A stretch of DNA of 64,000 nucleotides from an uncultured Armatimonadia bacterium (GTDB taxonomy: Bacteria > Armatimonadota > Zipacnadia > CAVVLO01), in the NCBI GenBank assembly GCA_963749155.1, contig CAVVLO010000003.1:352001-416000 (forward strand), written 5' to 3'. Made by a program: the position numbers and the translations under genes. The notes under the pieces were generated by a model. The model was not told the origin of the DNA, ran no database searches, and worked only from the letters and a program-made list of their open reading frames with translations. Positions within the stretch are counted from its first letter, which is position 1. The number at the start of each line of letters is the position of its first letter. Positions 30,433 through 42,200 of the stretch are shown here, piece after piece.

Positions 30433-31476
30433 ATGGAGCAAAGCGAGCATCCCAAATACGCTGCGCCCCGATTCTACGTGCTAAGACGGGCCTTCCAGGC
30501 GCGCGAGTTGCTTATCCTGGGCGTGCTGATACTCGAGCTTATCGTCTTCGCACTCGTGGATCGCAGTTTCGTGACCGCGAGCAACCTGATGGACGCGGCC
30601 AGATTCGCGGCTATCGTCGGCGCGGCGGCGATCGGCGCCTGCCTCGTTATCCTGCTGGCGGGTATTGACCTCTCTTCGGGCGCTCTCTACGGGCTGGTTG
30701 GCTGCGTTGCGATGCTGCTGATGACAAGTCCAGACCATCCGATGAACGCCTGGCTTGCGCTGGCAGTTGCGATGCTGGTGGGGCTGGCCTTCGGCCTCAT
30801 AAATGGTTTCTGCATTGGCTATATCAAAATCCCCCCCTTCATCGTGACCCTCGGGACGATGTCAGCGGCAAGCGGTACGGCCATCCTCATCACCAAAGCC
30901 GAGCATATGCCATCGGCCTCTCGCCCGCTGCCAGAGGCTTCGCTGCAAGTACTGCAACTGATGGACACCCACCTGGGCAGGACCGCCGAAGTCTCGGGAT
31001 TGCATATCTCGGTGCTTATCGTAATCGTCCTGGCCATCCTGACCGCCCTGTTCCTGGTCGGAACGAAAGGGGGCAGATACATCTTCGCTATCGGCGGGGG
31101 CGAGGAAGCCGCCGAACATGCGGGGATAAACGTCGCCAAGGTCAAACTTTGGACTTACGCCGCGGCAGGTTGCTTCTCGGGACTGGCGGGACTTTTCTAC
31201 GTGGCGCGCTTCAAAGGAGTGAACAGCGGCGTCGGACTTGGCGATGAGCTCAACATAATCGCGGCCGCTGTCGTCGGGGGAGTAAGCCTGTCCGGCGGCA
31301 AGGGCAGTCCGATTGGCACCATAATCGGCGCAATGATAGTCAAGCTGCTGCGCGATGGGCTGGTCTATAACGAGGTGCCGGAAAGCGGCGCCAAGATAGC
31401 CGTCGGCAGCTTCATAATACTGGCAGTGCTTGTGGATCGACTGCTCAAAATCGCGGGGCGCAAACGCGCTTCGTAA
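30433..31476 (+). CDS. Monosaccharide ABC transporter permease (RbsC-like)
   Basis: AGIDLSSG, IPPFIVTLGTM, GRYIFAIGG, ELNIIAAAVVGGVSLSGGKGS. Confidence 0.92.
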   Translation: MEQSEHPKYAAPRFYVLRRAFQARELLILGVLILELIVFALVDRSFVTASNLMDAARFAAIVGAAAIGACLVILLAGIDLSSGALYGLVGCVAMLLMTSPDHPMNAWLALAVAMLVGLAFGLINGFCIGYIKIPPFIVTLGTMSAASGTAILITKAEHMPSASRPLPEASLQVLQLMDTHLGRTAEVSGLHISVLIVIVLAILTALFLVGTKGGRYIFAIGGGEEAAEHAGINVAKVKLWTYAAAGCFSGLAGLFYVARFKGVNSGVGLGDELNIIAAAVVGGVSLSGGKGSPIGTIIGAMIVKLLRDGLVYNEVPESGAKIAVGSFIILAVLVDRLLKIAGRKRAS

Positions 31477-31496
31477 AAGACTTCGGAGGTGCAGTG

Positions 31497-32570
31497 ATGA
31501 AACGCGCGATATTAGTTTTGCTGGTGGCCCTGGTGGCGCTGCTGGTGCTGGCTGGTTGTGGCCAAAAAGAGGCTGAGGAGCCTGCCCAGATAGCTCCCCC
31601 GGCGACGGCTCCCCCGACTGAGAAACTGACTTACGCCATCATCCCCAAGATGCTGAACAATCCTGTCTTCACGCTGGCCAAGCGCGGCGCTGAAAAAGCC
31701 GCCAAAGAGCTTGGCGCAAACGTCGAGGTCATCTATCAGGCCTCCGAGACAGGCAAAGCCGCCGAGCAGGAAGAGGTAATCCGCAACCTGACCAACAAGG
31801 GTGTAACCGGGATGTCCATCTCGGTGGTGGACGCGAATGCCGTGCGCGAGGGCATCGACATCGCTGTGGACCGGGGCATCATAACGATGACCTTCGACTC
31901 TGACTGCCCAGATTCGAAGCGCGCGTGCTTCTACGCCGTCTCGGACGATGGCATCGGCCAGGAACTGGGTCGCCAACTGGTCGAGGCTTGCGGCGGCAAA
32001 GCCAAGATGGAGGGCGAAGTCGCCATCGTCTCCGGCCAGTCCAGCGCGCCCAACCTGCAGGCGCGCGTCGGCGGGGTACAGAAGTTCCTCAGTGAGACTG
32101 ATTTCCCCAAGCTGAAGTTCCTGCCCATCCTCTACTGCGACGATGACGGGGCCAAATCCATCGAGCAGATACGCACCACGATGCAGTCCCATCCCAAATT
32201 GCGCGCCATAATTATGGTTGGCGGCTGGCCGCTCTTCCTGGATGGGGCGCTGGATTCGGTCAAGGATTTTAATCAGACCAAGGTCGTGTCAGTGGACGCG
32301 CTGCCCAAGCAGCTTGACTATGTTGAAAGCGGTCAGGTGGCATGCCTGGTGGCGCAGAAGTGCTTCGACTGGGGCTACGAGAGCGTAATGATTATGGAGA
32401 ACCTGCGCACCGGCAAACAGACTTATCCCGACTTTGTGGACTCGGGCTATGACCTGGTCTTCAAGGAGCCAACCCAGGCTCAGCGGGACGATGCCAAGAC
32501 ACGTAAAGCAGGCTGCTTCAGCCTCGTCGAATACAGGGCGCAATGGGACAAGTGGAACGCGGAGATGTAA
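31497..32570 (+). CDS. Monosaccharide ABC transporter substrate-binding lipoprotein (RbsB-like)
   Basis: Lipobox LAGC. IIPKMLNNPVF..AKRGAEKAA, TFDSD, LVAQK.FDWGY. Confidence 0.92.
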   Translation: MKRAILVLLVALVALLVLAGCGQKEAEEPAQIAPPATAPPTEKLTYAIIPKMLNNPVFTLAKRGAEKAAKELGANVEVIYQASETGKAAEQEEVIRNLTNKGVTGMSISVVDANAVREGIDIAVDRGIITMTFDSDCPDSKRACFYAVSDDGIGQELGRQLVEACGGKAKMEGEVAIVSGQSSAPNLQARVGGVQKFLSETDFPKLKFLPILYCDDDGAKSIEQIRTTMQSHPKLRAIIMVGGWPLFLDGALDSVKDFNQTKVVSVDALPKQLDYVESGQVACLVAQKCFDWGYESVMIMENLRTGKQTYPDFVDSGYDLVFKEPTQAQRDDAKTRKAGCFSLVEYRAQWDKWNAEM

Positions 32571-34080
32571 TTCAGGAGCCGCTCCTTTCGGTAAGGGGCA
32601 TCACCAAGCACTTCTTTGGCGTGCACGCGCTCGAGGAAGTGAGCTTTGACGTGGCCGCCGGCGTTGTTCACGCGGTCGTGGGGCAGAACGGCGCCGGCAA
32701 GTCCACGCTGATGAAGTGCCTGATGGGCGTCCATCAGCCTGATGCCGGCGAAGTGGCGCTGGCAGGGGCGCCCTATCAGCCGACCAATCCGCATGAGGCG
32801 GTCGCTGCCGGGGTAGACATTGTTTTTCAGGAAATTGAGATACTGCCCAATCTGACCATCGCGGAGAATCTTTTCCTCGGCCGAGAGCCAGTGCGCGGCG
32901 GCGTGGTGGACTTTGACGCAATGTTCGAGGCTTCCAGCGAGCTGCTTGCCAGGGTGGGACTGGAGCTAGGGCCTGGTGAGGAGTGCGATGGGCTGGGCGT
33001 TGCGACCCTGCAGCTAATCCAGATAGCAAGAGCCCTGCGCGGAGCCACCAGGCTGCTGATAATGGATGAGCCCACAAGCGCGCTTACCGAGCACGAGATA
33101 GCCCGACTTTTCGAGGTGGTGGATTCACTTCGGGCAAGTGGGCTGACACTTCTCTATGTCTCGCACAAGCTGGACGAAATATTCCGCCTGGCGGATTCGG
33201 TTTCGGTGCTGCGCGATGGCAAGCTGGTCAAAACGATGCCGATTACCGAGACTTCACCTGCCGAACTGGTCCACCTGATGGCGGGAGAAGCCCATCTCGA
33301 TCAGCTACTGCTGAGGTCAGTGGACCAGCCGCTGCCCGCAAGGCCAAGGCTTGCGGTGCATAATCTCCAGCTTGCGGCAGCCTCGCCAGCGCTTAACTTT
33401 GAAGTGTTCGAGACCGAGATAGTCGGGTTGTTCGGTATTGTGGGAGCGGGCCGCACGGAGCTTGCCCGGGCGCTATTTGGACTGGACGCCTACCACTCGG
33501 GCACGGTCAAGCTGGATGGAGAATTACTGCCCGCTCATAATCCCATCACCGCAGTCGAACGCGGGGTAGCTCTGCTTCCAGAAAACCGCAAGCAGCAGGG
33601 ACTGATACTGGAGATGGAGGTACGCTGGAACGCGTCTCTGGCAAGCCTGCGCAAGTTGGCGCCCAGAGGCCTGGTCAACGCGAAAGCCGAACACGAAGCG
33701 GTAAGCAGCGAGGTAGCGCAGCTTTCCATCGTGGTCAGCAATCTGGATGATGAGGTTAAGCAACTCTCGGGTGGCAACCAGCAGAAAGTTGTGTTCGCCA
33801 AATGGCTGATGACGGAGCCCCGAGTGCTGCTGCTGGATGAGCCAACCAAGGGTATAGACGTGCGCGCCAAAGCCGAACTCCACAGGCGCATCCGCTATTT
33901 CGCCGACCAGGGGCTGGCCGTGTTGCTCATCTCCAGCGAACTGGACGAGGTGCTGACCGTCTGCGACCGCGTGCTTGTGCTGCGCGAAGGCAGGCTGGTG
34001 GCAGACCTTCCCCACGCCGAAGCCACCCGCGAGAAGCTGCTTGCCGCCGCGGTAGGGAAGAAGCCGCAGCGCCTCTCTAG
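32543..34080 (+). CDS. Monosaccharide ABC transporter ATP-binding protein (RbsA-like)
   Basis: GQNGAGKST, MDEPTSAL, LSGGNQQKV, LLDEPTKGIDV. Probable true stop is TAG at 34080 after a frameshift; start codon uncertain. Confidence 0.9.
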
Positions 34081-37000
34081 TCGTGGACTACCGACCAGTT
34101 CGCTTATCTGCACATTGGGGCCGGCGCGACTAACAGCCCGCAATACCAGCGTCCCATCGGCTGACTGGTCGGCGGTGTAGGGATACTCGACCCATTGGCC
34201 TTGGCCCGCGTAGTTGGTCAGCATCCCCAGCAGCGCGCCCTCGAAGTAGAGGTCGGCCTTGCGGCCGGCGGAGTTCCAGTCCCAGTAGTAAACATATACT
34301 TTGCCACTACTTCCAGCTGGCACGGTAAAAGGACACTCAGGTCGGGCGAGTGCCAGGAGGCGCCCATCGCGTCTTGCCAAGTGCTCCCGACGATTGAATA
34401 GCCATAGCCTGGTTCCTGTTTCAATACGAGGTCCGCCTTGGGCTGCCAGGGGGCCGGGTGTTAAAGGTGGTCACAGCGCCCGCGGAGAGGACATCCAGCG
34501 CGGCGTTCGCAAGGCTTGCCGGCTTGCGCAGCAGGTCGTGCAAGGGGTCGGGCGCGAGCAAATCGTCCAGTTCCTGCAGGCGCAGGCTGCCAGCTGGCGT
34601 GAAGTCCTTCGAGCCGGCATATTTCAGCAGGCTTGCTTGAAATTGCCTGCCAGTGGGCGTTGAGGTCGTCGGATTGAGCAGTGACAGCAGCAACTTGCCC
34701 TTGCCAACGCGCGCCTCCAGCACCCCTGCGAGCGGTTTGTTGTAGTCGGCGTTGTAGTTGTCGATGAAGCGCACCAGTGGCTTCAGTTTCGTGGCAGGGC
34801 CTTCCAGCACCAGTGCGCGCGAGTTGCTCAGCACATCGAACCACTGCCAGTCGGCATAGAATTGTGTTGGAAATTCGGCGAACAGTGGATGCGCCGGATC
34901 CACCAGGATTCCCATCGTGCGCGGCTGCGAAGCGAACAACAACACATCCCAGAAAGTGGGCGTGAACTGCGCGGGGATGGCGTTCCGCAGGCCTTCGGGG
35001 GCGTTCAGCAGCACGGTGCGGCCCTCGGCGAGCGCCGCGCGCGCCTCACCTAGCTGGTTCGTCACGAATACCCCTGCAGGGGCCTCAAGCCGAACCTCAT
35101 CGGGAAAAACCCAGATACGCCACTCGTTGCGGACGTCGGTGCCGGCAAGACTGACCCTCAGGGTCAACTCACAGGGAACGGGCATATCCGCAAGCGAGAT
35201 GCTTAACTCGCCCAGTGGCGTCACTCCGCCAGCGGAGATATCAGTCTCACTCAGGTTGCCTGCCGCAAGTTGCTTGCCGTTGGCATCGAGAAGCTGCCAG
35301 TATGGCTGCGCTGACAGGAGTGGCTCCGCGGCCCAGTGGGCAACCTCGATTTTTGCCTCAAGGGAGTCTGAAGTGGTCAGTTGGCGCTTCTCAATCCGCG
35401 CCAGCAGCACTGTAGGGGCGCACCACTGACGCCACTCTTCTGGCGTGACATAGCCTTTGGGCTGCCACAAGGCGTCCACGACGCCGACCAGGGCCGTCCC
35501 CTGCCCTGGGAAGTCCTGCACCGAGAGCAGCGAGAAACCCGCCAGTTCCTTAGTGCGCAGTTGGGCCTCGCACTCTTCCTTGTAGAGCAGCGTCTGGAGC
35601 TTTCCACTGGCCGCGACAAAGGCGTCCGCATACTCAGCAAGGCCGTTCGCCTCGAGGCTCTGTTTGTAACTCTGAAAGTTGAGCGGGAGCAAGTGGCCGG
35701 TGTAGCTGGCGATTTGGCTAAAGGGCGGATAACTCTCCCATTGGGCCAGTTCGTGGGTGATGACAGGGCGCGTATAGTCGACAAGCGCCTGTTCAAAATC
35801 AAAGTCCGTCGTGCTGCCCGCGCTACCAAGGCCTCTGATAATCCCTTTCTCCGTGCCCGCCGTCTCAAAGAAATCGTCGCTTCGAGTCAGGTCCGAAGGG
35901 TGCGACTGGCAGGTGTAAAGGTGACGCGGATCGGCCTGGCGTAACTCGTCTACAAGCTCCATCAGCCACTGGCGGTTGGTTGCGCCGTGCTCGTTGCCAA
36001 GCGACATCAGGCAGAAGGAGGGATGGTTGCCGTAGGCGTCGATGATCCGGAAGGCTTCACGACGGAGGAAGTCCCGGGTGGCCTCGTCTACGTTTTCGCC
36101 AAGCCAGCAGGGCAACTCGACCTGGAAGGTGCACCCAAGCCTGTCAGCAGCCTCGAAGGCCGCCTCGGGCGGACACCAGGAGTGAAAACGGAGGTTGTTC
36201 ACTCCCCAGGCCTGGTTGGCCTTGATGAGGGCCTCCCAGTCGCTTGTCTGCATCGGAGGGTAGCCGGTTTTCGGGAAGATGCAGCATTCGAGGTTGCCGC
36301 GCACGTAATAGGGATGGCCGTTGAGGGTGAAGTGCCGCCCCTCGGCGCCGAACTCGCGCAGGCCAAGGGCGACCTCTTTACTGGCCCCAAAATCTTCGCC
36401 TCTCAGCGCGACAGCCAGCTTTGTCAGGTTGGGCGAGCCCTCCTCCCACAGCTTCGCCTCCCGCGGGAAGGGGAGGGTGACCTCAAGTTGCGTCGTGCCA
36501 GGGGCAAGAGAGACCTGTTGCTTGGCGTTCGAATCTCCAAGCCTGACTGAGAACTCCGCCTGGGCGGGCTGCGTCAGGGCAGAGACCGCGCGCGCAGTGA
36601 CACGGACAAGCTGGCGCTCTACATCCGGATAAGCTTGCACGGAATCGAGCCAGACTGGAGAGGTCTCTCGTAGTTCGATACGCCCGATTAGGCCGTTCCA
36701 GTTGGTCTGGGTCTCGTCAGTAAGGGAATGGGCCCACCGGCCGATGTCGTAGAGATAGCTGTTGTCCACGCGCAGGGTCAGCGTGTGGACTCCCGGGGTC
36801 ATAGAACCGCCCAGGTCATACTGGTGCGGGACCGAGAGGCTGTCCTGGTCGCCGATAAACTGGCCATCCACCCAGAGGGAACTCTTCCAGTGGCAGCGCT
36901 CGAGGAAGAGGATGACCCGGCTGTGGGACCAGGTGCTGGGGATTTTTACCTCGCGCTGATACCAGGCGGCGCCCTCGTAGCTATGCTTGCGCGTCAGCTT

Positions 37001-37225
37001 GCCGATGGTGGGCTGCGCGTAGAGAGTCCCCTTGCCGCGCTGGTCGGTCGAGGCAGGCAGGTTGATGGTGTCGGGAAGCTGTTTGTTGAACCACTGCTGC
37101 TCGATCCCCTCGTTCTCGGGGTCCAGGGCGAAGCGCCAGTCTCCACTGAGGGGCATCGCCCGTTCGGCGCTGACGAGACTGGCGAGAACAAGCAGGACAA
37201 GCAAGACCGACAAAGAAAACCTCAT
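34077..37225 (-). CDS. Secreted GH2 glycosidase with C-terminal beta-sandwich; frameshifts near the 3' end
   Basis: LSGDWRFALD, GAAWYQREV, WNGLIGRIEL, NNLRFHSWCPP, GNHPSFCLMSLGNE, VITHE. Continues in 33895..34380 (VYYWDWNSAGR...QISELV). Confidence 0.85.
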
Positions 37226-37297
37226 AGGGCAATCCCCCCGGCAATAACCGCGTGACTTCAGTATAACTGAGCCGCGCGCAAGTGTGGAGGAAGGCAG

Positions 37298-38260
37298 ATG
37301 ACAGACACCTCAAACGTGAACGAACTGGCGCGCATCGCGGTGCTGGGACTTGTGCTGCTTGCTCTGATACCACTCAACCTGCCCTCGGCTTTCGAAGGGC
37401 AACCAGCAGAAAAGGCTATCTCGCTGGAGCCGCTACCTGTTGCGCCAGGCGCGCAGTTCAGCCTGCTGGGTTTTACAATCAAAGCGCCCTGGATGAGCGG
37501 CAGCCTGCAGATGCGGATGCCCGAGACGCTGAGTTCCAGTATGGGCCTGCATTTTATTGACCATAATCGGCCCGATATGCCCCCGCTTGGGGCTATCTCG
37601 CCGGAGCCTGTCTGGCATAAAGACGCCATCACAGGCGAGCTATCTTATGAGACGCGCACCGCCGAGGGGCTAATTTTCGGGGGAAGGGCGACTCCGGACG
37701 GACCGCGAGTGCAAATGGCTTTCTGGGTGCGCAACGAGACTGGCCAGCAGCTCAACTTTGTTTCCAACCAGCAGTGCCTGGTGCTCAACCGAGAGCCTGA
37801 GTTTGGCAGGCAGAACACCCTGGACACGACTTATTCCTGGGTAGGGGGCAAGTGGCAGTGTCTGAACGCAACCACCCCCACCCCGGTCGAGAAGGGCCGA
37901 AATCCGTGGATTTTAATGCCGGTTGCAGGCGGGCCGCCTGACCTGGGCGGGCAGAAGGAATTGCCAAGTGGTTGGTGGGTGGTGAACGAGGTCGCGGACG
38001 CCTATCTCATCGCGCGCCAAAGCGAGGACGGTAAGCACCTCATTGCGGTCAGTTGGGATGACCAGCCACCCGGCCTGTTGATGACCAACACGTGGATCCC
38101 CTGCCTGCACGCAGGCCCGATGAACGCGCCGAACCTGGCGCCCGGGGCTTCGCATACCTGGCGCGGAGTCCTCTATCTGATGGAAAACGACCCGGACAGG
38201 TTGAAGCAACTGTTCGATGAGGACTGGGCAGCCTTCAGGGCCAGGAAAGTGAGTCCCTGA
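37298..38260 (+). CDS. Hypothetical exported protein (beta-rich)
   Basis: 320-aa ORF with RBS and hydrophobic N-terminus; no family recognised. Confidence 0.6.
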   Translation: MTDTSNVNELARIAVLGLVLLALIPLNLPSAFEGQPAEKAISLEPLPVAPGAQFSLLGFTIKAPWMSGSLQMRMPETLSSSMGLHFIDHNRPDMPPLGAISPEPVWHKDAITGELSYETRTAEGLIFGGRATPDGPRVQMAFWVRNETGQQLNFVSNQQCLVLNREPEFGRQNTLDTTYSWVGGKWQCLNATTPTPVEKGRNPWILMPVAGGPPDLGGQKELPSGWWVVNEVADAYLIARQSEDGKHLIAVSWDDQPPGLLMTNTWIPCLHAGPMNAPNLAPGASHTWRGVLYLMENDPDRLKQLFDEDWAAFRARKVSP

Positions 38261-38913
38261 CCCAGTTCACCAGCTCGCTGACGATGCCGGAGGCGGTCTC
38301 CTCGCCCAGTTCGAGCGAGGCTGTGGTGCGCGGGTCTTCGCCGTAGATGCCGTACAGCGGATCCTCTTTGCCCTCGAAGGCCGCAAGATCGGTCAGCTCG
38401 GGCAGCAACGCCAGGCCAAGGGAGGTCTCCCACCTGGCGGCGTGGTCAGCGCGGATGTCATCAGGAAAATCCGGATAGGCCGCATACTCGGGGCCAACCC
38501 AGCAATCCACTTCAGGATGGGCAGGCAGTACTTCCTCCACAACGCGGGCGACCAGGTCGACTTGCTCGCCAGGATAATGGCCAGTGACGACAACCAAAAC
38601 TTTGAAGCCCATCTCGATGAGCCGCTCCAGTGTTATCCGCAGGTTGCCCTCGACGAAGGCCTCCTCCGATATGATGCTGCCGAGGAAAGGCCGATGGCCC
38701 TCCGCCATAGCCGAAGAAAGTAGGCGGCAGCACAACGCCGCCGGTCTCGGCCGCCGCGCGCTTGCACAGCGCCTGGGCCTTCAGCGCATCGAACCCAAGG
38801 GGCAAGTGCCACCCATGCCACTCCAGCGTGCCCATCGGCACATAGGCTACCGGCGCCTCTGCCAACACTTGCTGAACCTGCTCAGGCCGCATCCGCTCGA
38901 AACTCTGCTCCAT
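38235..38913 (-). CDS. Creatininase-family amidohydrolase; 1 frameshift
   Basis: YVPMGTLEWHGWHLPLGFD, VVVTGHYP, DHAARWETS. Shift at ~38705. Confidence 0.88.
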
Positions 38914-38946
38914 CAGTCATCCTCCCTGGAACTCGATGGAGAGAGT

Positions 38947-38981
38947 ATTCAGGGGCAGGAGGCGTCTTCCTGCGGGCGAAA
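38947..38981. promoter_or_regulatory. Overlapping divergent sigmaH-like promoters
   Basis: GCAGGA-N17-GAAT on the minus strand (38947-38973) and GCAGGA-N17-GAAA on the plus strand (38955-38981). Confidence 0.5.
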
Positions 38982-39002
38982 GGGTGGAAGGGAGGGATAG
39001 CA

Positions 39003-40203
39003 ATGGGTAAACGCACTCCAACCACCGTAGTATTGAGCTTCCTGATTGCGGTCATCCTGGTGGTGGGCCTCTCTTACTGGGCCGTCCAGGCCTGGCCGAA
39101 GGAGCCAGAGGGCGCCCTGAAGCCCTCTGCCAAACTCGTCCTGACGCCCGAGATGACCGCCCAGCAGGTGCAGCAGCAGTCGGGCGTGACGAATCCGGTG
39201 CTGAAGGAAGCCCTTGGCCTGGCCTCGCAGGCGGACAAAAACAAGACGCTTGCGGAGCTTGGCCTCTCCCCCGAAGAAGCCAAAACAAAACTAGCCGCGG
39301 CGATGGCTCTGCAGCAGGAACACGCGACCAAGGACTTCCGCAAGATAGGTTCCAAGTTCGTCCTGTGGGCGGCTTTCCTGACGCTGGTGTTTCCTGTACT
39401 TCAAGCGCCGTTTGATTACACCGGGCTTGCGGCTTCTTTTCCTGACCTTCTCGGTGCTGGTGTTTGGGGTACTCTACGGCGCGGACATCAGCCCGATGGG
39501 CACAGTGAAAGACGCAATCGTGCTTTGGGGACGTGACAAGGTTGTCTTCCCGCCTCGCTTGATTGCCTTTGCTCTGTTCATAATCGGCGTCCTGATTGCC
39601 AACAAGTTCACCTGCGGTTGGGGTTGCCAATTCGGGGTGCTGCAGGACTTCATCTTCCGTCTTAATCGCAACGAAGCCGACACAAAGGGCGTGATCGCCC
39701 AGTGGAAACCGCCTTTCGCTCTCACCAACACCATCAGGACGCTGTTCTTCGTCGGATTGGTGGTCGCGGCAATCGGCTGGGGAAAGGATCTCATCGAGCC
39801 TCTGGATCCCTTCAAGACCTTTAACCCCGCTGCTTTCCTGCTGCCTGGGGCGGTTTTCGTTGGGATACTGCTGGTACTGTCGCTTTTCATTTACCGGCCC
39901 TGGTGCCATTTCTGCTGCCCTTTCGGGCTGATCGGCTGGGTATTCGAACGATTCAGCCGCAACCGGATCAGAGTGGATTATGACACCTGCATCGCTTGTG
40001 AGGCATGCGCAAAAGCCTGCCCTTCCACGGTGATGGAGGCAATCCTCAAGCAGGACCGTATGGTGCCCGACTGTTTTGCCTGCGCGGCCTGCATGCGGAT
40101 CTGCCCAACGAAGTCAATCCACTTCGATGGCGCCAGGCGGAAAGCCGTGCCCGAGGGCAAGTTTGCCACGAAGGAGCAAAAATCAGCGCCTGCGCAGGAC
40201 TAG
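39003..40203 (+). CDS. Membrane 4Fe-4S binding protein (NapH/YccM-like polyferredoxin); 1 frameshift
   Basis: CGWGCQFG, RPWCHFCCPFG, CIACEACAKACP, CFACAACMRICP. Shift at ~39400. Confidence 0.85.
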
Positions 40204-41009
40204 CAGCACCGAGTGAGAGGACCAGCCATCGAGAAGAGGCCCCAAGGCTTGCCTGGCAAGTCTTTTCGCAAGTGAAGCAGGCCCCGCTGGCTTTGCCTCT
40301 CGAGTTTTCCAGCCGTACAATTCGACCCGCAAACCACCCACCCCATCGAAGGGACGGCGCTCTACAAGCTCGAATTGTGAGGCCTCTCTAATCACACGAT
40401 ATTCATCGAGCATGAACTGATAGAAGCTAGCCGGGGTGAATTTGAAGGCCATAAGGGAAAGGCCCCGAGTCTGGTCTGGCCCTGCGCAACCTGCTCATAT
40501 GCGGGAAGGTCGCAAACAGGAAGCCCCCAGGCTTGAGCACCCTGGCCGCCTCCGCCAGGATAGGCTGGTACCCGTCGTAGAAGTGCTCGATGACACCCAC
40601 CGACCAGTAGCCGTCAAAAGAGCCCTCCTCGAAGGGTAGAGCCATCACATCGCCAAGCACAGGATTGACCTCAGGGATGCGCTCCTTGATAAAGGCTACA
40701 GTGCGCGGGGCATAATCCAGGGCATCGACGTGGTACCCAAGCAGATGCAGCCGCCAGGCAAGCCAGGCCAGGCCACAGCCGCCTTCTATCAGCCTGCCGC
40801 CAGCGGGTAGATACTTGCGGGTAAGCTCAGTGAACAGATGCTCTGAACCAGGAAGTGCGGATAGAGGTCATCTTGTGATTGCGATCTCCCAGGTGGCGTC
40901 CCAGAAAGCCTCATCAGCGCGTTGCCTGATACAGACGAGACGGTTGTGTTGCGGGTCGAAATAGCGGCCCTGGCTTTAGCGCGACGTCGGAGTGAGCGAT
41001 GTTGGTCAT
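40183..41009 (-). CDS. Class I SAM-dependent methyltransferase; several frameshifts
   Basis: Manual translation gives RLIEGGCGLAW...VDALDY...GDVMALPFEEGSFDGYWSVGVIEHF...AARVLKPGG. Confidence 0.75.
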
Positions 41010-41024
41010 CCATGACCTCCCTGG

Positions 41025-42185
41025 CTAATAAACACACTTATGACCCTCATCGGCAAAAGCTTCCAAAAGCTTTAGGTCCGCGTCAAAAAAGTGGTCGGAA
41101 GGCGCCAGGATGAAGCCGCCCCCTGCCCCTGCTTCCTCGAAGGCGCGTCTGACCGCCGCGCGCGTTTCGGCAGGAGTGCAACCCACAAAGTAGTGGAACT
41201 GGTCGAAGCCGCCAATCATACAAACCCGGTCGCCGATGCGACGCTTGGCCTCTGCCAGATTGGTATCGCCGCCCATAGAGGGGGGAGTGAAGGTCTCCAT
41301 CGCATCCGGCCCCATATCGGCAATCTGCTCGAGGATGGGCATCATCCCCCCGCAGGTGTGGTAGACGATGCGCTGGCCTGCCTCGTGGGCTGCCGAGATG
41401 ACCTGGGCATCGTAAGGGGCGACGAACTGCTCGAAAAGCTTCGGCGAGATAACCGTTGTGGAGCCATCTCCCCCGCCCAGTTCGATCACGTCATACTTCG
41501 CGCCGGCAAGTGACTTCACATAGGTCAGCTTGCGAGCCAGCAAGGCCTCGAGCAGCGCGTGAACCCATTCAGGATCTTCGAAGGTCGCCATAATCAGCTT
41601 CTCGATGCCTACCAGGCATGCCGCGTCCTGCCAGCAACCTGGCTGTCCGAAGACATCGAAGCAGGGGATATGGCTGCGCACGAGGCCCCGGTCACCATAC
41701 GCATCGGCCTGGCGGTTGACCTCTTCCACATCGCAAAGAGGATGAGTCACATACTCGGCGATGATGTCTACGTCTTCCGGCTCCTTGATGAGGTAGTCGG
41801 TGACCCAGCTAGTGTATTCGTTGGACTCGAGGGTCATTGTAAGGGTCTTCCTGGGAGTGATGAACCGATAGAGAGTGCGTGGATACTTGGGCGAGGGCAC
41901 TGATTCTGACTCGATGCGCCAATCGTCACTGAAAGCCTGACGCGCTTCGAGGAAGCCGGGCTCTCCGGTAGCGGTCGGATCGGCGAAGTCGCCCTTGCGC
42001 TCATCAGGCTTGTGCGCCAGCACCCAGGTGATGGGGTCCAGGCCAAAATGGTCGAAAAAGGCCTGCGTATCGGTGCCAGGCATAAACCGCTCCAGAAAAT
42101 ACGGCATCACATGATGAGTGGTGATGGGCAGCCTGTCGGGCACACCGCGGGTAAGGGCAGTAACCATACGCTCTTTGGAAGTCAT
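41025..42185 (-). CDS. Uroporphyrinogen decarboxylase (URO-D) family / MtaA-CmuA-like methyltransferase
   Basis: MTSKERM...PDRLP, ISPKLFEQFVAPY, YHTCGG, GGGFILAPSDH. Confidence 0.88.
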   Translation of the reverse strand: MTSKERMVTALTRGVPDRLPITTHHVMPYFLERFMPGTDTQAFFDHFGLDPITWVLAHKPDERKGDFADPTATGEPGFLEARQAFSDDWRIESESVPSPKYPRTLYRFITPRKTLTMTLESNEYTSWVTDYLIKEPEDVDIIAEYVTHPLCDVEEVNRQADAYGDRGLVRSHIPCFDVFGQPGCWQDAACLVGIEKLIMATFEDPEWVHALLEALLARKLTYVKSLAGAKYDVIELGGGDGSTTVISPKLFEQFVAPYDAQVISAAHEAGQRIVYHTCGGMMPILEQIADMGPDAMETFTPPSMGGDTNLAEAKRRIGDRVCMIGGFDQFHYFVGCTPAETRAAVRRAFEEAGAGGGFILAPSDHFFDADLKLLEAFADEGHKCVY

Positions 42186-42200
42186 AGGGCTCGTTCTCCT

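Noticed and set aside
38235..38913. Mycofactocin MftE
   Set aside because: No radical SAM enzyme, MftA/B or MftD in the neighbourhood.
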